The translations under genes and the position numbers were made by a program. A stretch of DNA of 64,000 nt from Dehalococcoidia bacterium (GTDB taxonomy: Bacteria; Chloroflexota; Dehalococcoidia; Lucifugimonadales; UBA3495), in assembly GCA_965220505.1 (NCBI GenBank), contig CBDCQE010000001.1, positions 1,411,692 to 1,475,691 on the forward strand, in the 5' to 3' direction. The notes beneath the pieces are model-generated. The model was given only the letters and a program-made list of their open reading frames with translations. It ran no database searches and was not told where the DNA came from. Below, in pieces: positions 28,943 to 38,246 of the stretch (the stretch's first letter is position 1; the number at the start of each line of letters is the position of its first letter).

Positions 28943-30310
28943 TCAGGTCCGGAGCAGTTCCGCCAGGCTGCTGACCGGTTTCCCTTCCTCCAACAGGTCC
29001 AGGCGGGAAAGAACTTCGGCCGTCGTCGCTTCGGACAGCGCCGGCGAGACACAGTCGCGGAATTTCTCGCGGACGTCCTCCATCGTCACGCCGCGCAGGG
29101 CCCCGCTGTTGGCGCGGTGCGCCTGTTGTCGGAGCGTGCTGCCGTCCTTCATCTGGACGTCAACCTGGTGGAAGCCTTCGGTCCAACTGGGCTGCCCCTC
29201 GTTGCCCGGGATGCGGCGCATGTCGATGCGTGGAATCAGCGCCTGGGCTTCGGGACGCATCACCTGATCGTCCGTGAAGGACTGCAACCCGACCCGTTGG
29301 TCCAGCAAGGCCGCTGCCAGGCAATATTGCATGCTGAACTTTCCCTCCAAAGACGACACCGGGCGGGAGTGAATCAATGACCGCGGCGGGTCGAAGTCCA
29401 CCATCACGTCGATCCGGTCCACCGCCGCGGGGTCTATGGTGCCCTGGGACAGCAGGTCAAAGGTGGCATCCAGCGCCAGGTGGGCGCTGCCGCAGCAGGG
29501 GTACTTCTTGATTTCAATGCCTGACTCCACCAGGTAGCATTTGTTTCCCAGGTTCTGGACCACCTGCTGGCCGTCGAATCCCTGGCCGCCCGAGAAGGCT
29601 CGAATGAACCCGAACCGCCCTTCCAGAGCGTCCTCGCTGGCGGTGAAACCTTCTCGCACCAGCCTGGCCGCGACGACCCCGGCGCGGGCGGCGTCTCCGG
29701 CGTGGAACGGCTTGGTCATGGTGCCGAAGTTCTGTCGCAATCCCGACGCTTGGGAAGCCGCCAGGGAGACGGCCATGGCCGTCTGTTCCGGGTCCAGGCC
29801 CATGATCCTGCTGGCGGATGCCGCCGCACCCACCGCTCCCAGGGGACCCGTAGGGTGCCAGCCGAGGTCATCGTAGTAAGCTTCACTCAGGGCCTCACCG
29901 ACGGCGCAGGCGACTTCGAAGCCGGACATGTATCCGAGCAGCATGTCCTTGCCGGTGGCGCCGCACTCCTCGGCCACCGCAAGGGATGCGGGCAGCAGAA
30001 CTGCGGTGGGATGTGTCTTGGTGATCTGGGTGATGTCGTCGTAGTCCAGGGCGTGGGCCATGGCGCCGTTGACGAGGGCGGCGTTGGCCGCGGAGGTCCG
30101 GAATCCCCGTCCAACGACGCTGGCGGTGGGGGAGGCGGCTTCGGCCGCAACGTAGCGACATAGAATGTCCGACAGGGCTTCGCGGGAGCCGGCCAGCATA
30201 CACGCCAAACAGTCCATGATCGCTCCCTTGGCCGCTTCGATGGCGTCGGGCGGGAAGTCCTCAATGTCGGTGGCCGTGACGTATTGTGCGATCCGCTGCG
30301 TAATGTTCAT
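28943..30310 (-). CDS. MmgE/PrpD family protein
   Basis: NGAMAHALDYDD, HPT, GTMTKPFHAG, KKYPCCGSAH, KFSMQY; start ATG 30310. Confidence 0.88.
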   Translation of the reverse strand: MNITQRIAQYVTATDIEDFPPDAIEAAKGAIMDCLACMLAGSREALSDILCRYVAAEAASPTASVVGRGFRTSAANAALVNGAMAHALDYDDITQITKTHPTAVLLPASLAVAEECGATGKDMLLGYMSGFEVACAVGEALSEAYYDDLGWHPTGPLGAVGAAASASRIMGLDPEQTAMAVSLAASQASGLRQNFGTMTKPFHAGDAARAGVVAARLVREGFTASEDALEGRFGFIRAFSGGQGFDGQQVVQNLGNKCYLVESGIEIKKYPCCGSAHLALDATFDLLSQGTIDPAAVDRIDVMVDFDPPRSLIHSRPVSSLEGKFSMQYCLAAALLDQRVGLQSFTDDQVMRPEAQALIPRIDMRRIPGNEGQPSWTEGFHQVDVQMKDGSTLRQQAHRANSGALRGVTMEDVREKFRDCVSPALSEATTAEVLSRLDLLEEGKPVSSLAELLRT

Positions 30311-30528
30311 GGATTCACTCCTGGCGCGCGGGCTTGCTGCCTGGTTGTCGCGCGCCTGATGGTAACGCGAATGTATGCCATTTTGGTGCGGTGTCAAGTG
30401 GCCGGGTGGCGGGCTGCTGAGACTCCGGCGGGTTTGCTGGCGAGTCATCCCATCTGGTGTCCGCCCCCCGTGCTATCATGGGCCGCGCATTCACCCCGAT
30501 CTGCCGGACACGAAGGAGGGCATGGCAA

Positions 30529-31329
30529 ATGGCGACAGGCACCCAGACATGGACCGAAGAGTTCGCGGAGGTAGCTGGAACCAAGCTCCAGTTGGTCAGG
30601 GGCGGCTCGGGTGACCCCTTAGTGATCCTGCATGACGAAATGGGCCACCATGGGCAGGTTCGCTACCAGAACGAACTGGCCGGGGACTTTGCCGTCCACA
30701 TACCCTCCCATCCTGGATTCGGTGCCACCGAAGGCCAGGAATGGATCATGAACATGCGGGACATGGCCGGTTGGTACCTGGAAGCCCTGGATGACCTGAA
30801 TCTTGGGCCGGTAAACCTGCTGGGGTTCTCGCTGGGGGGCTGGCTGGCCGCGGAAATGGCGTCGATGTCGCCCGACATGGTCCGCAAACTGGTGCTGGTG
30901 GCGCCGGCCGGAATTCGCCCGCCCTCGGGAGAGATATTCGACATGTTCCTGGTGGTGCCGAGAGACTATATCGTCGCCGGATTCCTGGACCCCGAGGCGA
31001 CCCCCGAGTTCGGCGAGGTCTGCCCGGAGGAACCCTCGGATGAGCTGAATGAAGCCTGGGCCGTGGCGCGGGAGGAAGCGTGTCGCCTCAGCTGGCGTCC
31101 ATACATGCACAATCTGGCCATGCCCAATCTGGTCCGCCGGCTCAAGCGGGTGCCCACCCAGATCATCTGGGGACGCGAAGACAACATCGTCCCCGTGTCC
31201 GCCGGTCAGGTGTACCACGACTCTATCCCCGGATCCCGGCTCGACATCCTGGACGGATGCGGCCATCGCCCCGAGTTGGAGAAGACCGACGAATTCCTGA
31301 GCCTGGTCAAGGGTTTCCTGGCGAATTAG
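30529..31329 (+). CDS. Alpha/beta-fold hydrolase
   Basis: HPGFG, LLGFSLGGW nucleophile elbow, IWGREDNIV, GCGH; AGGAGG RBS. Confidence 0.88.
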   Translation: MATGTQTWTEEFAEVAGTKLQLVRGGSGDPLVILHDEMGHHGQVRYQNELAGDFAVHIPSHPGFGATEGQEWIMNMRDMAGWYLEALDDLNLGPVNLLGFSLGGWLAAEMASMSPDMVRKLVLVAPAGIRPPSGEIFDMFLVVPRDYIVAGFLDPEATPEFGEVCPEEPSDELNEAWAVAREEACRLSWRPYMHNLAMPNLVRRLKRVPTQIIWGREDNIVPVSAGQVYHDSIPGSRLDILDGCGHRPELEKTDEFLSLVKGFLAN

Positions 31330-31385
31330 CGATAGCGTCGCTATGGTAAAATCCGGCCGTACCCGGAAGCGCAAGGAGAAGCGAC

Positions 31386-32675
31386 ATGTTTATCGGATAC
31401 TTTACGGAAAGGCCGTACCAGGACCCCAAATCCGGGTACTTTGGCGCCACCGGCAAGTCCATCATGGACCTGAACGTGAGCAACGACATCTACGATGCCG
31501 AGCTGGGCGCCAGTCTCTACAACCGCTATCTGGACGAGAAGCTCTACGCCGAGGAAATGGGCTTCGACGGCCTGATGCTCAACGAGCACCACAGCACGCC
31601 CTTCTGCATGGGCGGCGCGATGAACGTGGAGGCATCCATCCTGGCCCGCATCACCAACCGGGCCAAGATCGTCCTCCTGGGCAACATTCTGCCCCTCTGG
31701 GACGACCCCCTCTGGCTGGTGGAACAGCTGGCCATGATCGACATGATCTCCCACGGGCGGCTCGTATCAGGCTGGGTGCGCGGCACCGGGCGCGAGAGCG
31801 TGGCGCACAACATTGAGCCTCACTACAACTGGGAGCGGTTCAAGGAAGCCCACGAGCTCATCGTCAAGGCGTGGACGACCCCCGGCCCCTTCCGCTGGGA
31901 GGGCAAGCACTTCCACTTCCGCCACGTCAATCCGTGGGTGCGCCCCTACCAGAAGCCGCACCCGCCCATCTGGCTGCCGGGCGTGGTCTCTCGCGACTCC
32001 CTGGTGTGGGCCGCCGAGCAGCGCATCCCCTACATCATGCTGGCCACCGAGATGGAACCCACCAAGCAGGCGTTCCAGATCTATCACGACACGGCCGCAG
32101 AACTGGGCTACGAATCCGGTCCGCAGAACATCGGCTACCTGTGGAAGGTCCACGTTGACGAGACCGAGGAGCTGGCGGAGCAGACCGGGCGCAAGTACGT
32201 GCAGGGTCCGAGCAATCCCTTCCTGGCCGGCAACGAGGGAACTACCAACCAGGCTCTGCTGCATCTGCCCGGCCTGACCTCACGGCGCCGCGTCCTGCCC
32301 ACCACCGAGGTTGCCACCGCCGCCCGCGGCGGCAGCGCCGGCCCGGGCGGTGTGCTGTCCCGCCCCTACGAGCAGCAGGTCAACGACTACACCATCATCT
32401 CCGGCACCCCGGACAGCGTCATCCCGAAGATCCGCCATGTGCTGGAGACCATCCGCCCCGGCAGCATCTTCTTCTGGGACGGAGACGGCGCCATGACCCA
32501 CGACGACGCCATGCGCAGCCTGCGCCTCATGGGCCAGGAAGTCCTCCCCGCCGTCCGCGAGATGGCCAAGGAACTGGACCTGCCCGGTCCCTTCGAGGTT
32601 GACCCTGCCACCGGTCAACCCTACGAGGCACAGACGTACTCAGCACAACCGGCCGAGGTCACGGCGGACGATTAG
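31386..32675 (+). CDS. LLM-class (luciferase-like) flavin-dependent oxidoreductase
   Basis: GFDGLMLNEHH, EQLAMIDMISHGRL..G..RG, PRPYQKPHPPIW-type motif (VRPYQKPHPPIW). Confidence 0.9.
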   Translation: MFIGYFTERPYQDPKSGYFGATGKSIMDLNVSNDIYDAELGASLYNRYLDEKLYAEEMGFDGLMLNEHHSTPFCMGGAMNVEASILARITNRAKIVLLGNILPLWDDPLWLVEQLAMIDMISHGRLVSGWVRGTGRESVAHNIEPHYNWERFKEAHELIVKAWTTPGPFRWEGKHFHFRHVNPWVRPYQKPHPPIWLPGVVSRDSLVWAAEQRIPYIMLATEMEPTKQAFQIYHDTAAELGYESGPQNIGYLWKVHVDETEELAEQTGRKYVQGPSNPFLAGNEGTTNQALLHLPGLTSRRRVLPTTEVATAARGGSAGPGGVLSRPYEQQVNDYTIISGTPDSVIPKIRHVLETIRPGSIFFWDGDGAMTHDDAMRSLRLMGQEVLPAVREMAKELDLPGPFEVDPATGQPYEAQTYSAQPAEVTADD

Positions 32676-32701
32676 GATCGAACCATACGCAATGCACACG
32701 C

Positions 32702-32725
32702 GCCTCTCCCAAACCAGGGGGAGGC
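32702..32725. terminator. Stem-loop after the LLM gene
   Basis: gcctctccc-aaacca-gggggaggc. Confidence 0.45.
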
Positions 32726-32777
32726 CGTTTGCTATATTCCACGCACTTTCCGGTCACACCCCACACGGAGCGCAACC

Positions 32778-33794
32778 ATGCCTTACGGAGACAATGACTG
32801 GCTGGCCCTGACCGCCGAACCCTCTCTCGAGCCGGACCTGCCCATCTGCGATGCCCACCACCACTTCTGGGATTTTCGCATGGACCGCGTCCCCTACCAT
32901 CGCTACCTGCTGGATGAGCTGGCCGCGGACGTGAACAGCGGTCACAACGTCCGCTCCACCGTGTTCCTGGAGGCGCGGTCAATGTATCGCCCCGATGGGC
33001 CTGAAGAGCTGCGGCCGGTGGGGGAGGTCGAATTCGTGCAGGGCATTGCCGCCGCCAGCGCCACCGGCCTCTACGGGCCGACCAAGGCCGCCGCCGCCAT
33101 CATCGGCCACGCGGACCTCTCCCTGGGCGATGACGTGGCTCGCGTGCTGGACGCCCTCCAGGCCGCCAGCCCCAACCGTTTTCGCGGCATCCGCTACAAC
33201 ACCGGGTGGGATCCGCATCCCGAACTGGATAGCCGTTCGACCGAGCACAAGCTGGCCGACCCGCAGCTGCGCGCCGGGGCCAGGGTGCTGTCCGATCGCG
33301 GTCTGGTATACGAGAACGTGGTGTACTTCCCGCAGCTTTCTGACTTGGTTGATTTTGCCAACGCCCTCCCGGACCTGACCATCGTGTCCAACCACATCGG
33401 CGGTTTGATCCGCATCGGCCCCTACGGCAACCGGGACGACGAGGTGATGCCGGCCTGGCGCGAAGGCGTCGCCGCGCTGGCGCAATGTCCCAACGTGGTG
33501 ATGAAGCTCGGCGGCGTGGGCCAGCCCAGATACGGTTTCGACTGGCACACTCGGGTCACGCCCATCGGCTCCGAACAACTGGCGGAGGAGATGGGGCCGC
33601 TGATCACCTATTGCATCGACCAGTTCGGCCCCGACCGCTGCCTGTTCGAGAGCAACTTCCCGCCGGACAAGGTGTCCTTCTCGTACAACGTCATGTACAA
33701 CGCTTTCAAGCGCATGACGTCGGGCTACTCGGCCAGCGAGCGCGCCGCCATGTTCCACGACAACGCGGCGCGGATTTACAGCATCGAACACTAG
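32778..33794 (+). CDS. Amidohydrolase_2 family protein
   Basis: ICDAHHHFWD, NHIGG, VVMKLGG, FESNFPPD. Confidence 0.88.
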   Translation: MPYGDNDWLALTAEPSLEPDLPICDAHHHFWDFRMDRVPYHRYLLDELAADVNSGHNVRSTVFLEARSMYRPDGPEELRPVGEVEFVQGIAAASATGLYGPTKAAAAIIGHADLSLGDDVARVLDALQAASPNRFRGIRYNTGWDPHPELDSRSTEHKLADPQLRAGARVLSDRGLVYENVVYFPQLSDLVDFANALPDLTIVSNHIGGLIRIGPYGNRDDEVMPAWREGVAALAQCPNVVMKLGGVGQPRYGFDWHTRVTPIGSEQLAEEMGPLITYCIDQFGPDRCLFESNFPPDKVSFSYNVMYNAFKRMTSGYSASERAAMFHDNAARIYSIEH

Positions 33795-33797
33795 CGG

Positions 33798-35153
33798 CTA
33801 CGTGGCGGCCAGCAACGCGGTCAGTTCGCCCACGTCCGACAATCGGTCCAGGCGACTGACCGCCTCAACCACCTGCTGCACCTTGCCGGCGGCAAGGGTT
33901 TCCCGCGACAGCAGATCGAACTTGCCCAGCAGTTCCTCCCGGCCGGCGGGGTTGGAGAAGTCGCCCCGCTGGGAGGTGACCTCCGCGCGGCGAACACGGC
34001 CGTCAGCGAGTTGCACGGCGACCCGCGCCGCCGGGTAGTCGTACCGGCGCAGGTTCATCTCGGGGTCGGAATCCAGTGAAACGCGCTCCGCCAGCGCGCG
34101 GATGTCGGCGCTTTCCACCCGCTCCGGCACGAATGCGGTGACATCGGTCCGGCCGTAGCAGACTGCGGCGGCGACGGCGTAAGGAATCGAAAACTTGGCG
34201 GCCAGCATGTTTTCCGGGTGCGGGTCGGCCATGATGCCGGCGATGGGCGGCGCGGTGACCGCGATGCTCTGCACATCCGATGGCGCAAAAGCCTCTTCGC
34301 GAAGCAGGTCCTGCACCGCATCCAGCACCGGGTGGTTGTACAGGCAGCAGGCGTGCAGCTTGAAATAGTTTTGCTCGATGCGCAGATCGCCGCCAGTGCC
34401 GAGGCCATCGGTCACCGCCTCCGGGTCGAAGCCGTCACCCAGGAATGTGCGGTAGAGGTCCGCCGGCCCGTCGGCGATAGCGGTGTACCCACATTGCGAC
34501 AGGTGGGCCGCCATGATTCCCTGGAAACCGGACCGTCCGGGGTACAGGTTGCGCACGGTGGCCCCTTCGATGCAGGGCGTCCAAGTGTTCGCCGGGCTCA
34601 TGGACATGGCCAAGTTCATCGCCACCCTGGTTTGCCCGGCGTCGAAACCCATCAGTCGCGCCGCAGCAGCCGCGGTGCCGATGGTCCCCCACGTGCCGTG
34701 GGAGTGCACCTCGGCCCTGACCGTAGTTGCCGTGCCGATGCGAGAGATCACCTCGTAGCCAACGATGATGCTCGCCAGGACCTCGCGGCCGCTGCTTCCC
34801 AGTTCCTCGCCCACGGCGATGGCCCCCGGCGTGACGTGGATGGATGGGTGCCCACCGCCCAGGCGGCTGCCCTCGTCCATCTCCAGCGACACGCCGGCGG
34901 TGGCGTTCACCATGGTGGCCCAGACCGTTTGTACCCGATGACCATGACCCAGGACGGTCGCCCTGCCGGGTCCGCTCATGGCCGCGGCGAGCCTAGCGAA
35001 GTTGGCGTTTTCGGACAGGCGGCTGCCGGCCAGGATCGCGCCGATGGTGTCCAGTACCACGTCCCTGGCGGCGGCAATGGCGGTTGGATGCAAATCCTCC
35101 CAGCGGGTTTCGGCAACGAACTCGGCTAGAAGGTCGAGATAGTCCTGGGCCAT
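33798..35153 (-). CDS. MmgE/PrpD family protein (second)
   Basis: VSLEMDEG..GGHPS, NYFKLHACCLYNH, AAKFSIPY; start ATG 35153. Confidence 0.85.
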   Translation of the reverse strand: MAQDYLDLLAEFVAETRWEDLHPTAIAAARDVVLDTIGAILAGSRLSENANFARLAAAMSGPGRATVLGHGHRVQTVWATMVNATAGVSLEMDEGSRLGGGHPSIHVTPGAIAVGEELGSSGREVLASIIVGYEVISRIGTATTVRAEVHSHGTWGTIGTAAAAARLMGFDAGQTRVAMNLAMSMSPANTWTPCIEGATVRNLYPGRSGFQGIMAAHLSQCGYTAIADGPADLYRTFLGDGFDPEAVTDGLGTGGDLRIEQNYFKLHACCLYNHPVLDAVQDLLREEAFAPSDVQSIAVTAPPIAGIMADPHPENMLAAKFSIPYAVAAAVCYGRTDVTAFVPERVESADIRALAERVSLDSDPEMNLRRYDYPAARVAVQLADGRVRRAEVTSQRGDFSNPAGREELLGKFDLLSRETLAAGKVQQVVEAVSRLDRLSDVGELTALLAAT

Positions 35154-35161
35154 GATCGCAC

Positions 35162-36043
35162 CTACCGGGTGAAGAATTCGTGGAGCAGACGGTACGCGTC
35201 GTCGGGCAGTTCCTCGGCGATGTAATGGCCGCACGGGAGCGACTGCCCCTCGACGTTGTTGGAATAATTGCGCCACACGCCGAGAACGTCCTGGGTGCGG
35301 CCCACGAAACCCCGGTCGCTCCACAGGGCCAGGTGGGGGCAGTTCACCTTGTTCTCGAAGTCGGCCTCGTCGTGCTCCAGGTCGATGCTGGCGCCGGCGC
35401 GATAGTCCTCGCACGCGCCGTGGATGGCATCGGGGTTGCTGAAGCAGCGCACGTATTCCTCCACGGCCTCAGACGGGAACACCTCCTCAGCGTTGCGCTC
35501 CCGCATGAACCGCGAGCGGATGTAATAGTCGGGATCGGCACCGATAACGCGCTCCGGGAAATCGTAGGGCTGGATCAGGAAGAACCAGTGGTGGGTATTG
35601 GTCGCCATCTCCTTGTCGACGATGCTGAACATGTGGCGCGTGGGCACGATGTCCAGCGTCGCCAGCCGCAAAACGCGTTCAGGATGGTCCTTGGTCAACC
35701 GGTGGGCGACGCGGGCGCCCCGGTCGTGACTCCCCAGGAAGAACGTGTCGAACCCCAGGTGGCTCATCGCGTCCACCAGGTCCTGCGCCTGCGCCCGCTT
35801 GCAGTGGTTGAAGTGGTCGGGGCTGCCCTGGGGTTTGCCGCTGTCGCCGTAGCCGCGCAGGTCCGCCGCGACCACGGTGAAATCTTCCGCCAGCCTGGGC
35901 GCGATCTTGTGCCACATGGTATGGGTCTGCGGGTAACCGTGCAGCAGCAGGAGCGGTGGTCCGCTGCCACCCTTCACCAGGTTGACTATTTCGCCACTGC
36001 CGGCGGTAACTTGCATCCGGTCGAATCCTTCGAATAGGGGCAT
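35162..36043 (-). CDS. Alpha/beta hydrolase, haloacetate (fluoroacetate) dehalogenase-like
   Basis: LLHGYPQTH..W, DLRGYGDS, SHDRGARVAHR (Asp nucleophile), HHWFFLIQP, CEDYRAGA, CGHY. Confidence 0.8.
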   Translation of the reverse strand: MPLFEGFDRMQVTAGSGEIVNLVKGGSGPPLLLLHGYPQTHTMWHKIAPRLAEDFTVVAADLRGYGDSGKPQGSPDHFNHCKRAQAQDLVDAMSHLGFDTFFLGSHDRGARVAHRLTKDHPERVLRLATLDIVPTRHMFSIVDKEMATNTHHWFFLIQPYDFPERVIGADPDYYIRSRFMRERNAEEVFPSEAVEEYVRCFSNPDAIHGACEDYRAGASIDLEHDEADFENKVNCPHLALWSDRGFVGRTQDVLGVWRNYSNNVEGQSLPCGHYIAEELPDDAYRLLHEFFTR

Positions 36044-36083
36044 GGTCGTCGGTCTCCTGAGGTTTGCTGGTTCTGGCGGGATT

Positions 36084-36110
36084 GTAGCCGGCTTGGGGGC
36101 GGCCGGCTAC
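36084..36110. repeat. GTAG-type REP-like palindrome
   Basis: gtagccggc-ttgggggcg-gccggctac. Confidence 0.45.
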
Positions 36111-36284
36111 CGTTGGGCGCGGTAAGCGACGGCGTGTAGGATCTTTGGAGCCGACCCTGGCGCAGTCATGAGGAAAGTCCGTCGGTCGGCTCGGGCAGAG
36201 CCTGGCGCACCAAATCGTCGTGCCGCCACGGGCGGCGGCGCAGTTGGCGCGCCGCCTTTCGCGATCAATGATAACCAGACACGA

Positions 36285-36293
36285 TGCTAGAAT
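36285..36293 (+). promoter_or_regulatory. Extended -10 of protease cassette 1
   Basis: TG-c-TAGAAT just upstream of the partner gene. Confidence 0.5.
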
Positions 36294-36316
36294 GACGGCA
36301 GCAACCGGTAGGGCAT

Positions 36317-36604
36317 ATGCGGCACGGAGCAATCATCGTGGCATTCAACCAGGAAAACGCGCCGGCCATCGGCCGCGCCATTTACCTCGAAAAAATACAT
36401 CCCACCCTGGGGCCGGAGCACAAGGGCAAGGTGGTGGTCATCGACGTCAAAAGCGGCGACTATGAGATTGCCGATCGGCACATCGATGCAGACTCGAAGC
36501 TGCGAAAGCGGCGGCCTGACGCTTTCACCTGGGAGGAGCTGGTGGACGTGCCGAATACGTACCGGGTCCACTCTAGCGTCGTGACCAAGCCGCTACACCT
36601 ATGA
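36317..36604 (+). CDS. Small partner protein of retropepsin cassette 1 (possible start GTG ~36338)
   Basis: Shares Y...L.P...GK..V.D..S.DY..A...L....P with ORFs at 50282 and 51795. Confidence 0.75.
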   Translation: MRHGAIIVAFNQENAPAIGRAIYLEKIHPTLGPEHKGKVVVIDVKSGDYEIADRHIDADSKLRKRRPDAFTWEELVDVPNTYRVHSSVVTKPLHL

Positions 36605-36999
36605 TTACGGGCCAGGTGATGCGGAACCCGGACGGTGGCCTGGAGGCTTGGGTTGCCGTATCCGTCATGGACGCTTACGGCGAACTGCAACAGTTTGAAG
36701 TCATAGTGGACACCAGCTTCACTGGATGGCTGACGCTGCCAGATGTGGACATCCGGCGGCTGGGGTTGACCAGCGCGGGTCATCGATACAGCATTACCGC
36801 CAGCGGCAACGCGGAACGGTTTGAATTCTATCGAACGTCGGTGCTATGGCAAGGACGACCTTACACAATAGAGGTTTTCCAGTCCATCGACCAACCATTA
36901 CTGGGTATGGAACTGTTGCGCGATAACTGGATTACCATGGGAGCCTGGGACGGCGGCGATGTGCTCATTGACGAAGCCCGCCTTGAACGTCTCTTTTGA
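36601..36999 (+). CDS. Retropepsin-like (clan AA) aspartic protease, cassette 1
   Basis: VIVDTSFTGWLTLP (DTS variant of DTG) and PLLGMELL; ATGA overlap with partner. Confidence 0.8.
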   Translation: MITGQVMRNPDGGLEAWVAVSVMDAYGELQQFEVIVDTSFTGWLTLPDVDIRRLGLTSAGHRYSITASGNAERFEFYRTSVLWQGRPYTIEVFQSIDQPLLGMELLRDNWITMGAWDGGDVLIDEARLERLF

Positions 37000-37056
37000 C
37001 ACCGTATTGCCCTCCGTGTAACTTAGCCGGCAATCAATCCTGCAACGAGAGACAAA

Positions 37057-38229
37057 ATGACCACCGTCGCCGTACCTACCGATATTGACCACTACTTGGC
37101 CGCCGCTCCCGACTTCGTGGCCCGCGTCGACGCGGCCTCCGACTGGATCGACGCAGAGCGGCAGATGCCGCCCGACCTGGCCGCGGATATGGCCGACGCC
37201 GGATTCTTCCGGCTGCTATTGCCCCGCGAATTGGGCGGCGCCGAGTTGGCTCATCCCGATTTCTTGAAAATTCTGGAGCTGTTTGCGGGAGCCGATGCCA
37301 GCGTGGCCTGGTGCCTCAACCAGAACAACGTTTTCTCAACGCGGTCCACGCGCATGGCTATGGCAACCGCACGGGAAATCTGGGGCGAACAACGGGGTGT
37401 GGTGACCAACGGACCACCGGCCGCCGGGTCGAAATCGGTTCCGACACCGGGAGGTTTCCGGCTGAGCGGGCATTGGAACTTCAGCAGCGGCAGCGACCAC
37501 GCTACCTGGATTGCCGCGCTGGCCCCCGTCATCCCCGAGAACGGAGGGGGGGTCGATGGGCAGCCTCCACAAACCCGCCTGCATCTGATGCCGATTGACC
37601 AAGTGCGCATGGTGGACCTGTGGCAGGTCGCCGGACTTCGCGGAACCGGCAGTTTCAGTTTCCAGGTGGACGACCTGTTCGTCCCCGAGGAACGCTCTTT
37701 CGTGCAGGAGGGACCGTCCTGGTGCGACCGCCCGCTCTACGGCATTCCCACCACGCTGCTCTTCGCCACCGGCTTTGCCACCGTGGCATTGGGAGTAGCG
37801 CGCAAGAGCCTGGACATCGCCATCGAGGTGGGTGGCAGCAGGACACCCTATCGTTCCGGCGTCCTGCTCCGCGACCACCAGGCCACGCAGCGCACCATCG
37901 GCAAGGCCCACGCGCAGCAGAGTTCGGCCCGTGCTTTCCTGAAGGACGCCCACGGCCGGCTTTGGGAGTCGGCCTGCACCACGGGCACGCTCACCACCGA
38001 CGAGCGTATCCAGCTCCGCGTGGCCGCGACCCACGCCATCCGCACCTCGGCGCAGGTCGTGGACGCCGCGTACACCCTGTGCGGAGCCAGCGGCATTTTC
38101 CAGTCCAACCCGATCCAGCGGAGATTCCAGGACATGCACGTCATCACCCAGCACGTGCAGGGGCACCATGTACACTATGAAACCGCCGGCCAGTACCTGC
38201 TGGGGTTGGATCCGCAGGGCGTTTTCTAG
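37057..38229 (+). CDS. Acyl-CoA dehydrogenase-fold flavin-dependent monooxygenase (HsaA-like)
   Basis: DASVAWC, LSGHWNFSSGSDHATW, GLRGTGS, IQRRFQDMH. Confidence 0.82.
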   Translation: MTTVAVPTDIDHYLAAAPDFVARVDAASDWIDAERQMPPDLAADMADAGFFRLLLPRELGGAELAHPDFLKILELFAGADASVAWCLNQNNVFSTRSTRMAMATAREIWGEQRGVVTNGPPAAGSKSVPTPGGFRLSGHWNFSSGSDHATWIAALAPVIPENGGGVDGQPPQTRLHLMPIDQVRMVDLWQVAGLRGTGSFSFQVDDLFVPEERSFVQEGPSWCDRPLYGIPTTLLFATGFATVALGVARKSLDIAIEVGGSRTPYRSGVLLRDHQATQRTIGKAHAQQSSARAFLKDAHGRLWESACTTGTLTTDERIQLRVAATHAIRTSAQVVDAAYTLCGASGIFQSNPIQRRFQDMHVITQHVQGHHVHYETAGQYLLGLDPQGVF

Positions 38230-38246
38230 CAAAAGGAGGTATCGCC

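Noticed and set aside
36148-36192. GAGGAAAGTCCG (RNase P RNA P4-like) inside a 9-bp hairpin
   Set aside because: No space for a ~350-nt RNA and no 3' CAGAA.CCGGCTTA partner; no hammerhead core either
36044-36280. Fluoride riboswitch upstream of the dehalogenase-like gene
   Set aside because: The GATG..GTTC/CTGATG pseudoknot core could not be found on the minus strand
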